Of a DNA stretch of 64,000 nucleotides, positions 49,700-58,846 are shown piece after piece. The stretch is from Xenococcaceae cyanobacterium. GTDB lineage: Bacteria > Cyanobacteriota > Cyanobacteriia > Cyanobacteriales > JBFRWF01. The first letter of the stretch is position 1; every line of letters starts with the position of its first letter. The stretch lies in the NCBI GenBank assembly GCA_051439465.1, contig JBFRWF010000106.1, forward strand, positions 1,582-65,581, written 5' to 3'. Below the pieces are notes generated by a model. The model saw nothing but the letters and a program-made list of their open reading frames with translations, had not been told where the DNA came from and searched no databases. Made by a program: the position numbers and the translations under genes.

Positions 49700-50839
49700 C
49701 TACAGAAAGTTTACATGTAAAGGCTTAGATCCGTTCGCTGCTGTTATCCTCTCAATCCCCTTTACATGCTTATCCAATGCCACACTTACATAATGCTGAA
49801 TAGGCAGCGTACCCATCATATTTTGGGCATCAAACGCCGGTGATGCCAAATAATTCATTGCTCGCCAGTAACGATCAGAGTTCCAGATATCAATGAATCG
49901 TTCCTCAGTGAAGTTGCCTATATGTAGCTTGGAATATCGAGCATTAAAAAACATCCCCGATGGTGCAACTAAACCACTACCACTGATTTGTAGTAAGAAT
50001 GCTGGCCCATAAAAACGCTTGTAAGATGGCTTTCCTCCATCGCGGATTTTATCCCACTTCACAATAATTTTTGTTTGGTCGTTACTCATGGACTCTGCAA
50101 GAGTCAGCAGATCGTATAACTCTTCATACTTGCTGTAATCTACACCAAGGGTCTGATACTCATCATCAGAGCAATGCTTAATAACCCCATAATCGACTCC
50201 AAGGTCTAATGCCAGTTGTGCGAAGGGGATAATTTCATCCTTGAACTCTGGCATAAGCACCATTTGAATACCAAGAGTTACAGACAAATTGTTGCGCTTT
50301 TTGAGATCGACAGCGTACTTAATGTGACTCATCGCGCGATCAAACACTTCTGTATGCTCTGGACCCTTATACATAATGCTGGCGTAACTCTCAGGTTTTC
50401 CGGCTGCCACCGTAAAGCGTACCCAAATAAGATAGGGTAGTACCTGCTCAATTTTTTCCGGCTCCCACGCCCAGCCATTGGTAGCGTTGCCAACATCAAT
50501 ACCAACTTTTGCTGCATGTTGAATGAATGGTACATAGGCTGGAGATAAGGTGCTTTCACCATCAGAAATCAAAGAAACTCCCCGCACCCCAATCTCAGCG
50601 AAGTCATCCAATAAGTTCAACGCATGAGACTTTTTAATGGGAGCTCGCTCCTGGGGTTCCTGCATCATGGCATAGCAAAAAGAACACATAGCCCCGCATG
50701 ACCGTGTAAGAGCCATATCAACACTTACGGGGGCGATCCGCTCCCCCTCTTCCCAAGCATTAACGCGATCAACATGATAAGATAACTTGTGCGAATCAAG
50801 AATTAACGCACCTTCTCGAGTTTCTACGGCAGCACTCAT
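49700..50839 (-). CDS. Radical SAM protein with SPASM/twitch-like C-terminus
   Basis: CGAMCSFC (CxxxCxxC), DGE, TNG; C-terminal ISGSG.V.P..IGN....F.DIWNS. Confidence 0.88.
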   Translation of the reverse strand: MSAAVETREGALILDSHKLSYHVDRVNAWEEGERIAPVSVDMALTRSCGAMCSFCYAMMQEPQERAPIKKSHALNLLDDFAEIGVRGVSLISDGESTLSPAYVPFIQHAAKVGIDVGNATNGWAWEPEKIEQVLPYLIWVRFTVAAGKPESYASIMYKGPEHTEVFDRAMSHIKYAVDLKKRNNLSVTLGIQMVLMPEFKDEIIPFAQLALDLGVDYGVIKHCSDDEYQTLGVDYSKYEELYDLLTLAESMSNDQTKIIVKWDKIRDGGKPSYKRFYGPAFLLQISGSGLVAPSGMFFNARYSKLHIGNFTEERFIDIWNSDRYWRAMNYLASPAFDAQNMMGTLPIQHYVSVALDKHVKGIERITAANGSKPLHVNFL

Positions 50840-51177
50840 GATTTCACCTCAATTCCACGCAGATTACGTAAAGAGTTGCGATCGCCAATTGGTTCTAACC
50901 AAATAGTCAGAGCCGGATCTACCTCCTTCTTAAGATAATTTTCCATATCTAACAAAAAGGAACCACGCTGGTTTGCTGGCAATGGCTTGACAAGACTAAT
51001 TATAACTTGCCCATCCGGTTTGCCAGATAATATTGAAACAAAATCAATCCATTTCTCGTTTTCGGTTACTTTACTTAAGGACTCTGTAATCAGAGAAACT
51101 CGTTCTGTTTCTGATAACTTTGTCCACATTTCACCAGGAGATGGTGTATCGTACTCAGGATACCGGAGACTAACCAT
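50836..51177 (-). CDS. Small hypothetical protein coupled to the radical SAM gene
   Basis: ATG start; stop overlaps the radical SAM start (ATGA). Confidence 0.65.
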   Translation of the reverse strand: MVSLRYPEYDTPSPGEMWTKLSETERVSLITESLSKVTENEKWIDFVSILSGKPDGQVIISLVKPLPANQRGSFLLDMENYLKKEVDPALTIWLEPIGDRNSLRNLRGIEVKS

Positions 51178-51205
51178 AACTTTTCTTGAATTTCTCCTTA
51201 TTTAT

Positions 51206-52258
51206 TTAGAAAGGTCCAGTAAACCAATCGCCAGGAATGTCGTGAGGTTCAGGTTCTTTAGGTGCATCTTGACAAATTGTATCATTCAAACCCAACATAG
51301 CGCAAACCCGACAAATAATATCATGGGCACGGATGTAGAAGCCTTTGGTAAGACTAAATCCAGCAGGCTCTGGTACATCTGGCATGGCTAACCGAGATGG
51401 GGGAATTTTAAGGCTCTCAAAGATATCCATCGCTATACGAGCAACAATTTCACCTGCAACTGAACCAGTTGTTACTCCAGTGTCAAGGACTAAAACTCTC
51501 CCTGTCTTCGAGACTGAGTTGTAAAGTGTATCCCAATCAAGGGGCTTCAGCGTCCGCAGATCAATCACTTCACAGGAAACGCCATGTTGACTTAAATAAT
51601 TGGCAGCATATATCGCTTCTAAAGTCAGATATGACATGGAAATAATTGTCACATCACTTCCGGTATGTACAGTGTTAGCTTTTCCAATTGGAATTCTAAA
51701 ATCTCCTTGAGGAACATTGCCAATACTGTTGTGTAGCCAGCGATGCTCCAAAAACACAACAGGATTAGGATCGAAGATAGAAGCTAGAAGTAAACCCTTG
51801 GCATCACTAGGTGTAGATGGCATAACAACTTTTAATCCAGGAACATGAGCAAACCAAGCCTGTAAATTTTGAGAGTGAGTTGGTCCTTGTCCCCATCCAC
51901 GTCCAATAATAAGCCTGATCGTAATTGGTACAGATTGATTAAATGTGTAATGCCACTTCGCGGCAGAATTAACAAGTTGGTCAAGAGCCAACAGGAAAAA
52001 ATCTAGCCTTTGATGTGTCATTACTGACTTGATGCCATTCAAAGATGCACCAACAGCTACACCTGTCATCGCATTTTCAGAAGTTGGCATATCAAAGACT
52101 CGTTCTTTACCAAATTTCTGCTCCAAACCCAAAGTTGTTCCAAAAATGCCTTTTGGATCTGTACTTCCTAATCCGTAACAAATCACGCTAGGATCATTTT
52201 CCATCGCTACTACCAGCGCATCTTTGATTGCATTAGCAAAGGTTGTCTGATTTTGCAT
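51206..52258 (-). CDS. TPP-dependent dehydrogenase/transketolase E1 beta subunit
   Basis: DMPTSE, GPTHSQ, NPVVFLEH, EVIDLRTL. Confidence 0.92.
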   Translation of the reverse strand: MQNQTTFANAIKDALVVAMENDPSVICYGLGSTDPKGIFGTTLGLEQKFGKERVFDMPTSENAMTGVAVGASLNGIKSVMTHQRLDFFLLALDQLVNSAAKWHYTFNQSVPITIRLIIGRGWGQGPTHSQNLQAWFAHVPGLKVVMPSTPSDAKGLLLASIFDPNPVVFLEHRWLHNSIGNVPQGDFRIPIGKANTVHTGSDVTIISMSYLTLEAIYAANYLSQHGVSCEVIDLRTLKPLDWDTLYNSVSKTGRVLVLDTGVTTGSVAGEIVARIAMDIFESLKIPPSRLAMPDVPEPAGFSLTKGFYIRAHDIICRVCAMLGLNDTICQDAPKEPEPHDIPGDWFTGPF

Positions 52259-52270
52259 GATGATTATTAT

Positions 52271-53236
52271 TTATATAGCATAAACCCCGTAATAAGCTTC
52301 TTTGGTATCTGGAAAAGTATCTTGCCTAACTAAGTTGAATACTTTCTCGATTTCCCGATCTACTTCTGTCCGAATTAGTTGTATTTGTTCAAAAAAATAT
52401 TTATCCCCCTGCATGGCCTTTTCAAGATACTTGATTGGGTCTTTTTCTTTCCATTTTTCAAATTCTTCTAAAGATCGATAACCTAAATCATTATCATAAT
52501 TTGGTCCACAGTGTTCGAGAATTCGATACGTGTAAAACTCTAAAAGAAATGGGCCTTTTCCATTTCTTAATGCTATCACTGATTCATCAATAATTTCAAA
52601 AGCTTCAATAACATTATTTCCATCTCCTGTTGCTGTATTCAAGCCGATCGCTTCAGCTAATTTAGAGATAGATCGATCTTTTGGTTGGCGAACCGATAAC
52701 GGACTATATACAGAATAGAGATTATTTTCACAAATAAATAGAGTGGGTAAATTACGGACTGCTGCAAAGTTAGCCGACTCATAAAATACCCCTTCTTCAA
52801 TCGCACCATCTCCCACAAACACTATACTAATTTGGTCTGTCCCTTTAAGTTGAGCAGATAAAGCTAATCCAACTCCGATCGGAATACTGTTACCAACAAT
52901 AGCGGTTGTTCCCATAAACCCAACCGATGGATCAACTAGGTGCATAGACCCTCCTCTTGCTTTTGAGCAACCTGTTGATTTTCCATGAAGTTCAGCAATC
53001 ATGGCTCTCAGGTCTCCCCCTTTGGCTAGGTAATGGGCATGTCCTCTATGGGTACTAACCGCAAAATCAGTGGGATTTACACATTCAGATAAAGCAGCCG
53101 GAACAGCTTCTTGACCTATCGATAAATGAGTTGGACAGCGCATTTTTCCCGCAGGATATTCGGCGGCAATTCGTTCCTCCACGGAACGAATCCGATACAT
53201 TTTTTTCCAAAGTTTAACTTTTCGATCTCGATCCAT
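52271..53236 (-). CDS. TPP-dependent dehydrogenase E1 alpha subunit
   Basis: HLSIGQEA, THRGH, GGSMH, GDGA...ENN TPP motif, TYR..EH. Confidence 0.92.
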   Translation of the reverse strand: MDRDRKVKLWKKMYRIRSVEERIAAEYPAGKMRCPTHLSIGQEAVPAALSECVNPTDFAVSTHRGHAHYLAKGGDLRAMIAELHGKSTGCSKARGGSMHLVDPSVGFMGTTAIVGNSIPIGVGLALSAQLKGTDQISIVFVGDGAIEEGVFYESANFAAVRNLPTLFICENNLYSVYSPLSVRQPKDRSISKLAEAIGLNTATGDGNNVIEAFEIIDESVIALRNGKGPFLLEFYTYRILEHCGPNYDNDLGYRSLEEFEKWKEKDPIKYLEKAMQGDKYFFEQIQLIRTEVDREIEKVFNLVRQDTFPDTKEAYYGVYAI

Positions 53237-53258
53237 AATTTTGCTAATTTTTCTTAGG

Positions 53259-54383
53259 TTAAGAGGATGATTTTAAAACTGTGTTAATTTTATTACATAT
53301 TTCCAAAATATCTTGGCGTTCAAGATATTGATTGATTGGCAAAGTTATAATTGTCTGTGCTTGTTGTTCTGTTCTCGGAAAATCTCCATTTTTATAGCCT
53401 AAATATTCAGCGGCTGGTTGTAAGTGAATCGGAACTGGGTAATGGATAGAAGTGTCTATTCCCTGAGATGCTAAATAATCTTTGAGTTTATCCCGCCGAG
53501 CGACTTGAATTACAAAAGTATGATAAGTATTGAATTCATCTGGAAGCTCATCCGGAATGAATACCTGGGAACGGTTCAGATGTTCTCGATAAATTTTTGC
53601 ATTGTTTCTGCGCTTCTCAATCACATTGTCTAGTTCAGTTAGACGATAATTCAGTATCGCAGCTTGCAAAACATCCATCCTGGAAACATAGCCAAAACGC
53701 TCTACTGTGTTGCGATCGACTAGGCCATGATTTCTCATTAGCTTTACTTGACGAGCAATAGTATTATCATCAGTCACGAGAAAACCAGCATCGCCACAAG
53801 CATTCAGATTTTTTAATGGATGAGCAGAGAAGCAACCGATTTTCCCCCATTTACCACTAGGAATATCTTGATATTTAGAACCAATTGATTGGGCGGCATC
53901 TTCAATGATAGGAATATTATATTTATCTGCTATCTCTACAATTGCGTCCATTCTTGCTAGTCTTCCCGTGAGATGAACGGGCATAATTGCTTTGGTTCTT
54001 GGGGTGATAGCCCGTTCAATTTGAGTCGGATCGATATTTTGATCGGGAAGTACATCAACAAATACTGGTTTTGCCCGTAAGTGCGCGATCGCCCCAGTTG
54101 AAGCAATAAAAGAATTAGGAGGGGTAATCACTTCATCGCCAGCAACAACTCCCAAGGCAACCAAACCACAAACCAACGCATCTGTCCCACTATTCAGGGC
54201 AACACAATGCTTAGTTTGGCAAAGTTTTGCTGCACGCTGTTCAAACTCTTCAACAATACTGCCCCCAATATACTGTCCTGAACCCAGAACTTTCTCTACG
54301 ATAGGAAGCAGTTGTTCTCGCTCTGCTTCCCACTGCGCTGCCAGGTTCACATAAGGTATGCGTCTCATGTTTTTTTGTTTCAT
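53259..54383 (-). CDS. DegT/DnrJ PLP aminotransferase
   Basis: NSGTDAL, EDAAQ, SAHPLKNL, GDAG. Confidence 0.93.
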   Translation of the reverse strand: MKQKNMRRIPYVNLAAQWEAEREQLLPIVEKVLGSGQYIGGSIVEEFEQRAAKLCQTKHCVALNSGTDALVCGLVALGVVAGDEVITPPNSFIASTGAIAHLRAKPVFVDVLPDQNIDPTQIERAITPRTKAIMPVHLTGRLARMDAIVEIADKYNIPIIEDAAQSIGSKYQDIPSGKWGKIGCFSAHPLKNLNACGDAGFLVTDDNTIARQVKLMRNHGLVDRNTVERFGYVSRMDVLQAAILNYRLTELDNVIEKRRNNAKIYREHLNRSQVFIPDELPDEFNTYHTFVIQVARRDKLKDYLASQGIDTSIHYPVPIHLQPAAEYLGYKNGDFPRTEQQAQTIITLPINQYLERQDILEICNKINTVLKSSS

Positions 54384-54387
54384 TTAA

Positions 54388-55488
54388 CTAACTTTTGTAA
54401 AACCTGTTGACTGTTTCAATCACATAATCTATTTCCTCCCTGGATAAATGCTGGTCACATGGGAAGCTAATAATGGTGCGGGCATGACGATCTGTAACTG
54501 GAAAATCTCCTTCTTTGTGATCGAGATGTTTAAGAGCCCGTTGGCGATAAATAGGCACGGGATAATGGATTTTTGCTTCAATCCCATTTTGGATACAGTA
54601 ATCAAGCAACTTATCTCGATTTTCAGCAAAAACAATATACAAGTGATAAACAATCCTAAAATCCGATAGGCGTGGTGGTATCTTAATTTGAGCAATAGTC
54701 CCTAACCCTTCATCATAGTAACGGGCATTCTCGATTCGTTTTAAAGCAATTTGTTCAGTCTGCGGAATCAGCCAATTGCCAACAACAGCCTGTATTGTAT
54801 CTAATCTAGAGTTATAGCCCAATATATCGACCCTGTCGCGATCGACTAAACCATGATTCCTCAGTAAACGTAGTTGTTGGGCTATATCATCAGAGTCAGT
54901 TACAATAACCCCACCATCAGACCAAACATTAAGGTTTTTCAAGGGATGTAAGGAAAAAGCCCCTGTTACTCCCCAAGTCCCAGCATTTTTTTGCTCGATC
55001 GCACCCAAAATAGATTGACAAGCATCTTCGACAATAGGAAGACTATATTTTTGAGCTAAAGGAATCAGCTTCCGCATATCGGTCATGTATCCCGTAAAAT
55101 GTACAGGAACAATCGCCTTGGTTCGTTCTGTAATTTTAGCTTCAACTTGAGATACATCCATGCAGAATGTATCATCACAATCAACAAATACTGGTTTTGC
55201 ACCAAGTTCGGCGATCGCCCCGACAGTCGCCACAAAAGTGTTAGCTGTTGTTATCACCTCATCCCCAAAGCCAACTCCTAGGGCTTTCAAGGATAATTTA
55301 ATTGCATCTGTGCCTGAATTAACCCCGATCGCGTACTTTGTACCAATCAATTTAGCGAATTTTTCTTCAAACTCTTGGAGAGGCTTGCCAAGAGTAAAAT
55401 CACCTGTAGGGACAAATTGTTTTAAATTTTCCCAGAGATCGTCGCAGTCAGAAAACTGTTGCTTGAGATAAGAGTAACGAACGTGCAT
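54388..55488 (-). CDS. DegT/DnrJ PLP aminotransferase
   Basis: NSGTDAI, EDACQ, SLHPLKNL, NSRLD. Confidence 0.93.
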   Translation of the reverse strand: MHVRYSYLKQQFSDCDDLWENLKQFVPTGDFTLGKPLQEFEEKFAKLIGTKYAIGVNSGTDAIKLSLKALGVGFGDEVITTANTFVATVGAIAELGAKPVFVDCDDTFCMDVSQVEAKITERTKAIVPVHFTGYMTDMRKLIPLAQKYSLPIVEDACQSILGAIEQKNAGTWGVTGAFSLHPLKNLNVWSDGGVIVTDSDDIAQQLRLLRNHGLVDRDRVDILGYNSRLDTIQAVVGNWLIPQTEQIALKRIENARYYDEGLGTIAQIKIPPRLSDFRIVYHLYIVFAENRDKLLDYCIQNGIEAKIHYPVPIYRQRALKHLDHKEGDFPVTDRHARTIISFPCDQHLSREEIDYVIETVNRFYKS

Positions 55489-55493
55489 TTTTT

Positions 55494-56486
55494 TTACTTG
55501 AGTTCAATAGATTGCATGCGTTTAATATTAAAATATCGCTCATCCGTGAGGGAATTGGGTAGTAAACCCGACTCAAACGCCTGCTTCATATCCTCAACTG
55601 CCTCACGGATAGTATGTTGAGGGACAAACCCCAGAATTTGAGCAATTTTTTTAGAGGAAATGTGGTAAGAGCGGTTATCATTTGTGGGTGTGGTATTTAG
55701 CTTCACATCTTCACCCATTACTTGCTTAACCGTTTGAGCTAATTTTAACACAGATTGATTCTCATAGCCAGCATTAAAAATTTCTCCTGCAATCTTTTCG
55801 GTCGGTGCCTTTAATAAAACCAAATAGCTCTCAACCATATCCTCAATATGGATATTAGGGCGTAGCTGTGCCCCTCCAAAAACACTAATTTCTCGTTTAT
55901 GAAAAGCTAGATTAGAAAGGATATTCACCACCACATCTAACCGTTGGCGCGGTGAGTAACCACATACTGTTGCTGGACGAATCGTGACCGTAGTAAATTC
56001 TGGTGATTGATATTTAGCTAAAATTGTCTCACAATCGGCTTTGAATCTGGAGTAATCTGTCAATGGTTCTAGAGACATTTCTTCGTGTACATCAGGTTCT
56101 TCTTTGATGCCGTAAACTGATGATGAAGAAGCATAAATAAATCGGTTTACCCCAGCTTGCTTGCTGATTTCAACTAAAGGTTGAAAAGCATCTAAATTAA
56201 TTGATTTACCCAAGTCTGGGTTTAGTTCAAAACTGGGATCATTAGAAATACAGGCAAGATGAATTACAGCATCATGGCCGGGTATTGTCTCTTGCAAAAG
56301 ACTTCGATCGCGAATATCTCCCTTAATTGTTTGAAGGTGAGGATGCGAGGGTAACACGTCCTCCCCATAAATCATCAAATCTAAAACCGTAACTCGATAA
56401 CCTTCTTCTAGCAAACGCGGGACTAACCTAGAACCAACATATCCAGCCCCACCAGTAATATAGATTTGTTTGATATCTTCTGTCAT
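55494..56486 (-). CDS. NAD-dependent epimerase/dehydratase (SDR)
   Basis: TGGAGYVG, HLACISNDP, ASSSSVYG, YSRFK. Confidence 0.9.
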   Translation of the reverse strand: MTEDIKQIYITGGAGYVGSRLVPRLLEEGYRVTVLDLMIYGEDVLPSHPHLQTIKGDIRDRSLLQETIPGHDAVIHLACISNDPSFELNPDLGKSINLDAFQPLVEISKQAGVNRFIYASSSSVYGIKEEPDVHEEMSLEPLTDYSRFKADCETILAKYQSPEFTTVTIRPATVCGYSPRQRLDVVVNILSNLAFHKREISVFGGAQLRPNIHIEDMVESYLVLLKAPTEKIAGEIFNAGYENQSVLKLAQTVKQVMGEDVKLNTTPTNDNRSYHISSKKIAQILGFVPQHTIREAVEDMKQAFESGLLPNSLTDERYFNIKRMQSIELK

Positions 56487-56515
56487 TGCTTAAACCTCCT
56501 AAATTTTCCACTACT

Positions 56516-57493
56516 CTAAGATAAGTATTTAAACCAATCTTTAGTTGCTGTAGCAATATTTTCTGGTGTCCAAACGGGAGCATTTCGCCAATAGTCAATA
56601 TTCTCTAAAATTTTCGCCACTCCCTTTTCAATAGAAATTTCAGGCGACCATCCTAAATCTTTGCCAATTTTTTGAATATCAGCAAAGGTACAGTCTGGTT
56701 CTCCTGGGCGTTTGGGAATATAAGTTTTTTCCCCACCCAGAAGCTCAACTAAACGGTTTACGGAAACAGTTCGTCCACTACCCACATTATAAATTTCACC
56801 GACCCGATCGCTCTTAGCTGCCGCTACCATGGCTTCCGCCACATCGCTCACATAGGTAAAATCTCTAGTTTGCTCACCATCTCCCACAATTGTCAAGGGT
56901 TTATTGCTTAATTTTTGAGCCAAAAATACACCAAATACTGCTCCATAGGTGCCCGAAGTGCGGGAGCGAGTCCCATAAACATTAAAGAAGCGTAAAGACA
57001 GAGCCGGAAGTTTATACACTTGAACCCAGTGCATCACTAATTCTTCCCCTAATCGCTTGGTTAAAGCATAGGGATATTGGGGGCGAATTGGGGCTGTTTC
57101 TGGTGTAGGATAGATATCAGGAATACCATAACAGGAAGAAGAAGCAGCGTAGATAAACCGCTTCACTCCAGAAGCAACACAGGCTTGCAAAACATTAAAT
57201 GTTCCATCAACATTAGCCCTAAAATAAGCTTCTGGCTTTTGAATACTAGGAACAATATCTGCTAGGGCAGCTAAGTGAAAAAACCAATCAATATCTTTAA
57301 ATTGTTCAATCCAAAAACCGGGAGTAGAAAGATCGCATTCGACTAACTCAACTTGACCCTTGACATGATCCAAATTTTCAGGCCGACCTGTACTAAAATT
57401 ATCTAGCACAATAATTTCATGATTGAGATTTAGGAGAGCATCAACAACGTGACTCCCAATAAACCCTGCTCCTCCTGTCACAAGCGATCGCAT
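56516..57493 (-). CDS. NAD-dependent epimerase/dehydratase (SDR)
   Basis: TGGAGFIG, HLAALADIVPS, ASSSCYG, YALTK, RFFNVYG. Confidence 0.9.
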   Translation of the reverse strand: MRSLVTGGAGFIGSHVVDALLNLNHEIIVLDNFSTGRPENLDHVKGQVELVECDLSTPGFWIEQFKDIDWFFHLAALADIVPSIQKPEAYFRANVDGTFNVLQACVASGVKRFIYAASSSCYGIPDIYPTPETAPIRPQYPYALTKRLGEELVMHWVQVYKLPALSLRFFNVYGTRSRTSGTYGAVFGVFLAQKLSNKPLTIVGDGEQTRDFTYVSDVAEAMVAAAKSDRVGEIYNVGSGRTVSVNRLVELLGGEKTYIPKRPGEPDCTFADIQKIGKDLGWSPEISIEKGVAKILENIDYWRNAPVWTPENIATATKDWFKYLS

Positions 57494-57534
57494 CCTCTTC
57501 TCCCTCTTTACTGAACAGTCATTGGCTTATATTA

Positions 57535-58143
57535 TTATTTCGCCGTTTCTTCACATAACCACTGCATACAGATGTGACCCACAATTAACTGTAAGTCTTC
57601 AGCAATTTGCATATCATCCACTGGAAAATGAAGTGGCACTTGAGCCAACTCTTTACAGAGTCCTCCCGAATAACCTAAAATCGCAAAGGTTTTCATGCCA
57701 ATTTCATTACCCACGTTCAAAGCTTGCACAATATTTGGTGAATTGCCACTTCCAGATAAAGCAATCAATATATCACCCGGACTGGCTTTTACTCTTAGCT
57801 GTTGAGCATAAATTTCATCATAGCCTAAATCATTCGCCAAACAACTCAAAACCGCCGGATTGGCGCTTAATGCTTCTACAGGGATTCCTCCACCCACTTT
57901 CATTCCTGCCCCATAAATCAAGTCATTCGCCAAATGAATAGCATTTCCCGCACTCCCCCCATTTCCACATAGATAGACAGTCTTTTTGGTCTTCCATGCT
58001 GACAATAAAGCCAAAGCCAACTTAGGAATTAGGTTCATTGCATCCAGTTCTAAGGCTTGCTGTAATTTCCTAGCATAGCTTCGGACATGACTTTCCATTG
58101 TTCCAGTGTTCGATAGTTCACTTAAATATAAATAGTTATCCAT
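57535..58143 (-). CDS. gmhA: Phosphoheptose isomerase (SIS domain)
   Basis: CGNGGSA, ANDLGY, SGSGNSPN, QIAED. Confidence 0.88.
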   Translation of the reverse strand: MDNYLYLSELSNTGTMESHVRSYARKLQQALELDAMNLIPKLALALLSAWKTKKTVYLCGNGGSAGNAIHLANDLIYGAGMKVGGGIPVEALSANPAVLSCLANDLGYDEIYAQQLRVKASPGDILIALSGSGNSPNIVQALNVGNEIGMKTFAILGYSGGLCKELAQVPLHFPVDDMQIAEDLQLIVGHICMQWLCEETAK

Positions 58144-58154
58144 ACTGTTGCTAT

Positions 58155-58727
58155 TTATTGATTGTCAACTGAGTTAGGGCACAGCTTCAGATAAAGCTGA
58201 ACCTGTGATAGGGTTGCCACAATAGCTGTGGGAACAACTGCAAAATTGGGCAAGGGTTCTTGTGCATAGAGGAGATTACATCCCACTCCCGCTGCCTGAC
58301 CTGCCTCAATGTCCCGTGGGCGATCTCCTACCAGTACAGAACAGCTCATATCTAAGTCAAAATCTTCAGCTGCAGCTAAAATCATCCCTGGCTTAGGTTT
58401 GCGCCAGCTCGACTCGCGCCGGTACTGCCCCACCCCCGCCGTGGGATGGTAAGGACAAAAATAAACCTGTGCGATTGGGCAGCCCTGGTCTCGAAACACT
58501 GCCCCCATCCAATCCATCAGACGATGAAAAGCGGCTTCAGTGTAATACCCCCGGCCAATGCCCGACTGGTTGGTCACCACAAAGATTAAATAGCCGAGAG
58601 CGTGGGCATGGCGGCACAACTCAAAAATGCCGTTTACAAACTCAATTTGCTCAGGACGAGAAACATACCCATAATCCAGATTAATTACCCCATCCCGGTC
58701 TATAAATAGTGCTCGATTACCTTCCAT
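58155..58727 (-). CDS. gmhB: D-glycero-D-manno-heptose 1,7-bisphosphate phosphatase (HAD)
   Basis: FIDRDGVIN, VTNQSGIGRG, RKPKPGM, VGD. Confidence 0.9.
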   Translation of the reverse strand: MEGNRALFIDRDGVINLDYGYVSRPEQIEFVNGIFELCRHAHALGYLIFVVTNQSGIGRGYYTEAAFHRLMDWMGAVFRDQGCPIAQVYFCPYHPTAGVGQYRRESSWRKPKPGMILAAAEDFDLDMSCSVLVGDRPRDIEAGQAAGVGCNLLYAQEPLPNFAVVPTAIVATLSQVQLYLKLCPNSVDNQ

Positions 58728-58846
58728 AGCTTTGGCTTTGTAAAGTTTAGGTAAAACCAGACTGGGCTTCAAATTCGGTCTATTTACATTTCCTTACATA
58801 GTTGGCTTGATTTCCGCCTACCTACTTACTTTAAAAATAGTTAGAA

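Noticed and set aside
51206-53236. Housekeeping pyruvate dehydrogenase
   Set aside because: No E2/E3 genes; embedded among NDP-sugar enzymes
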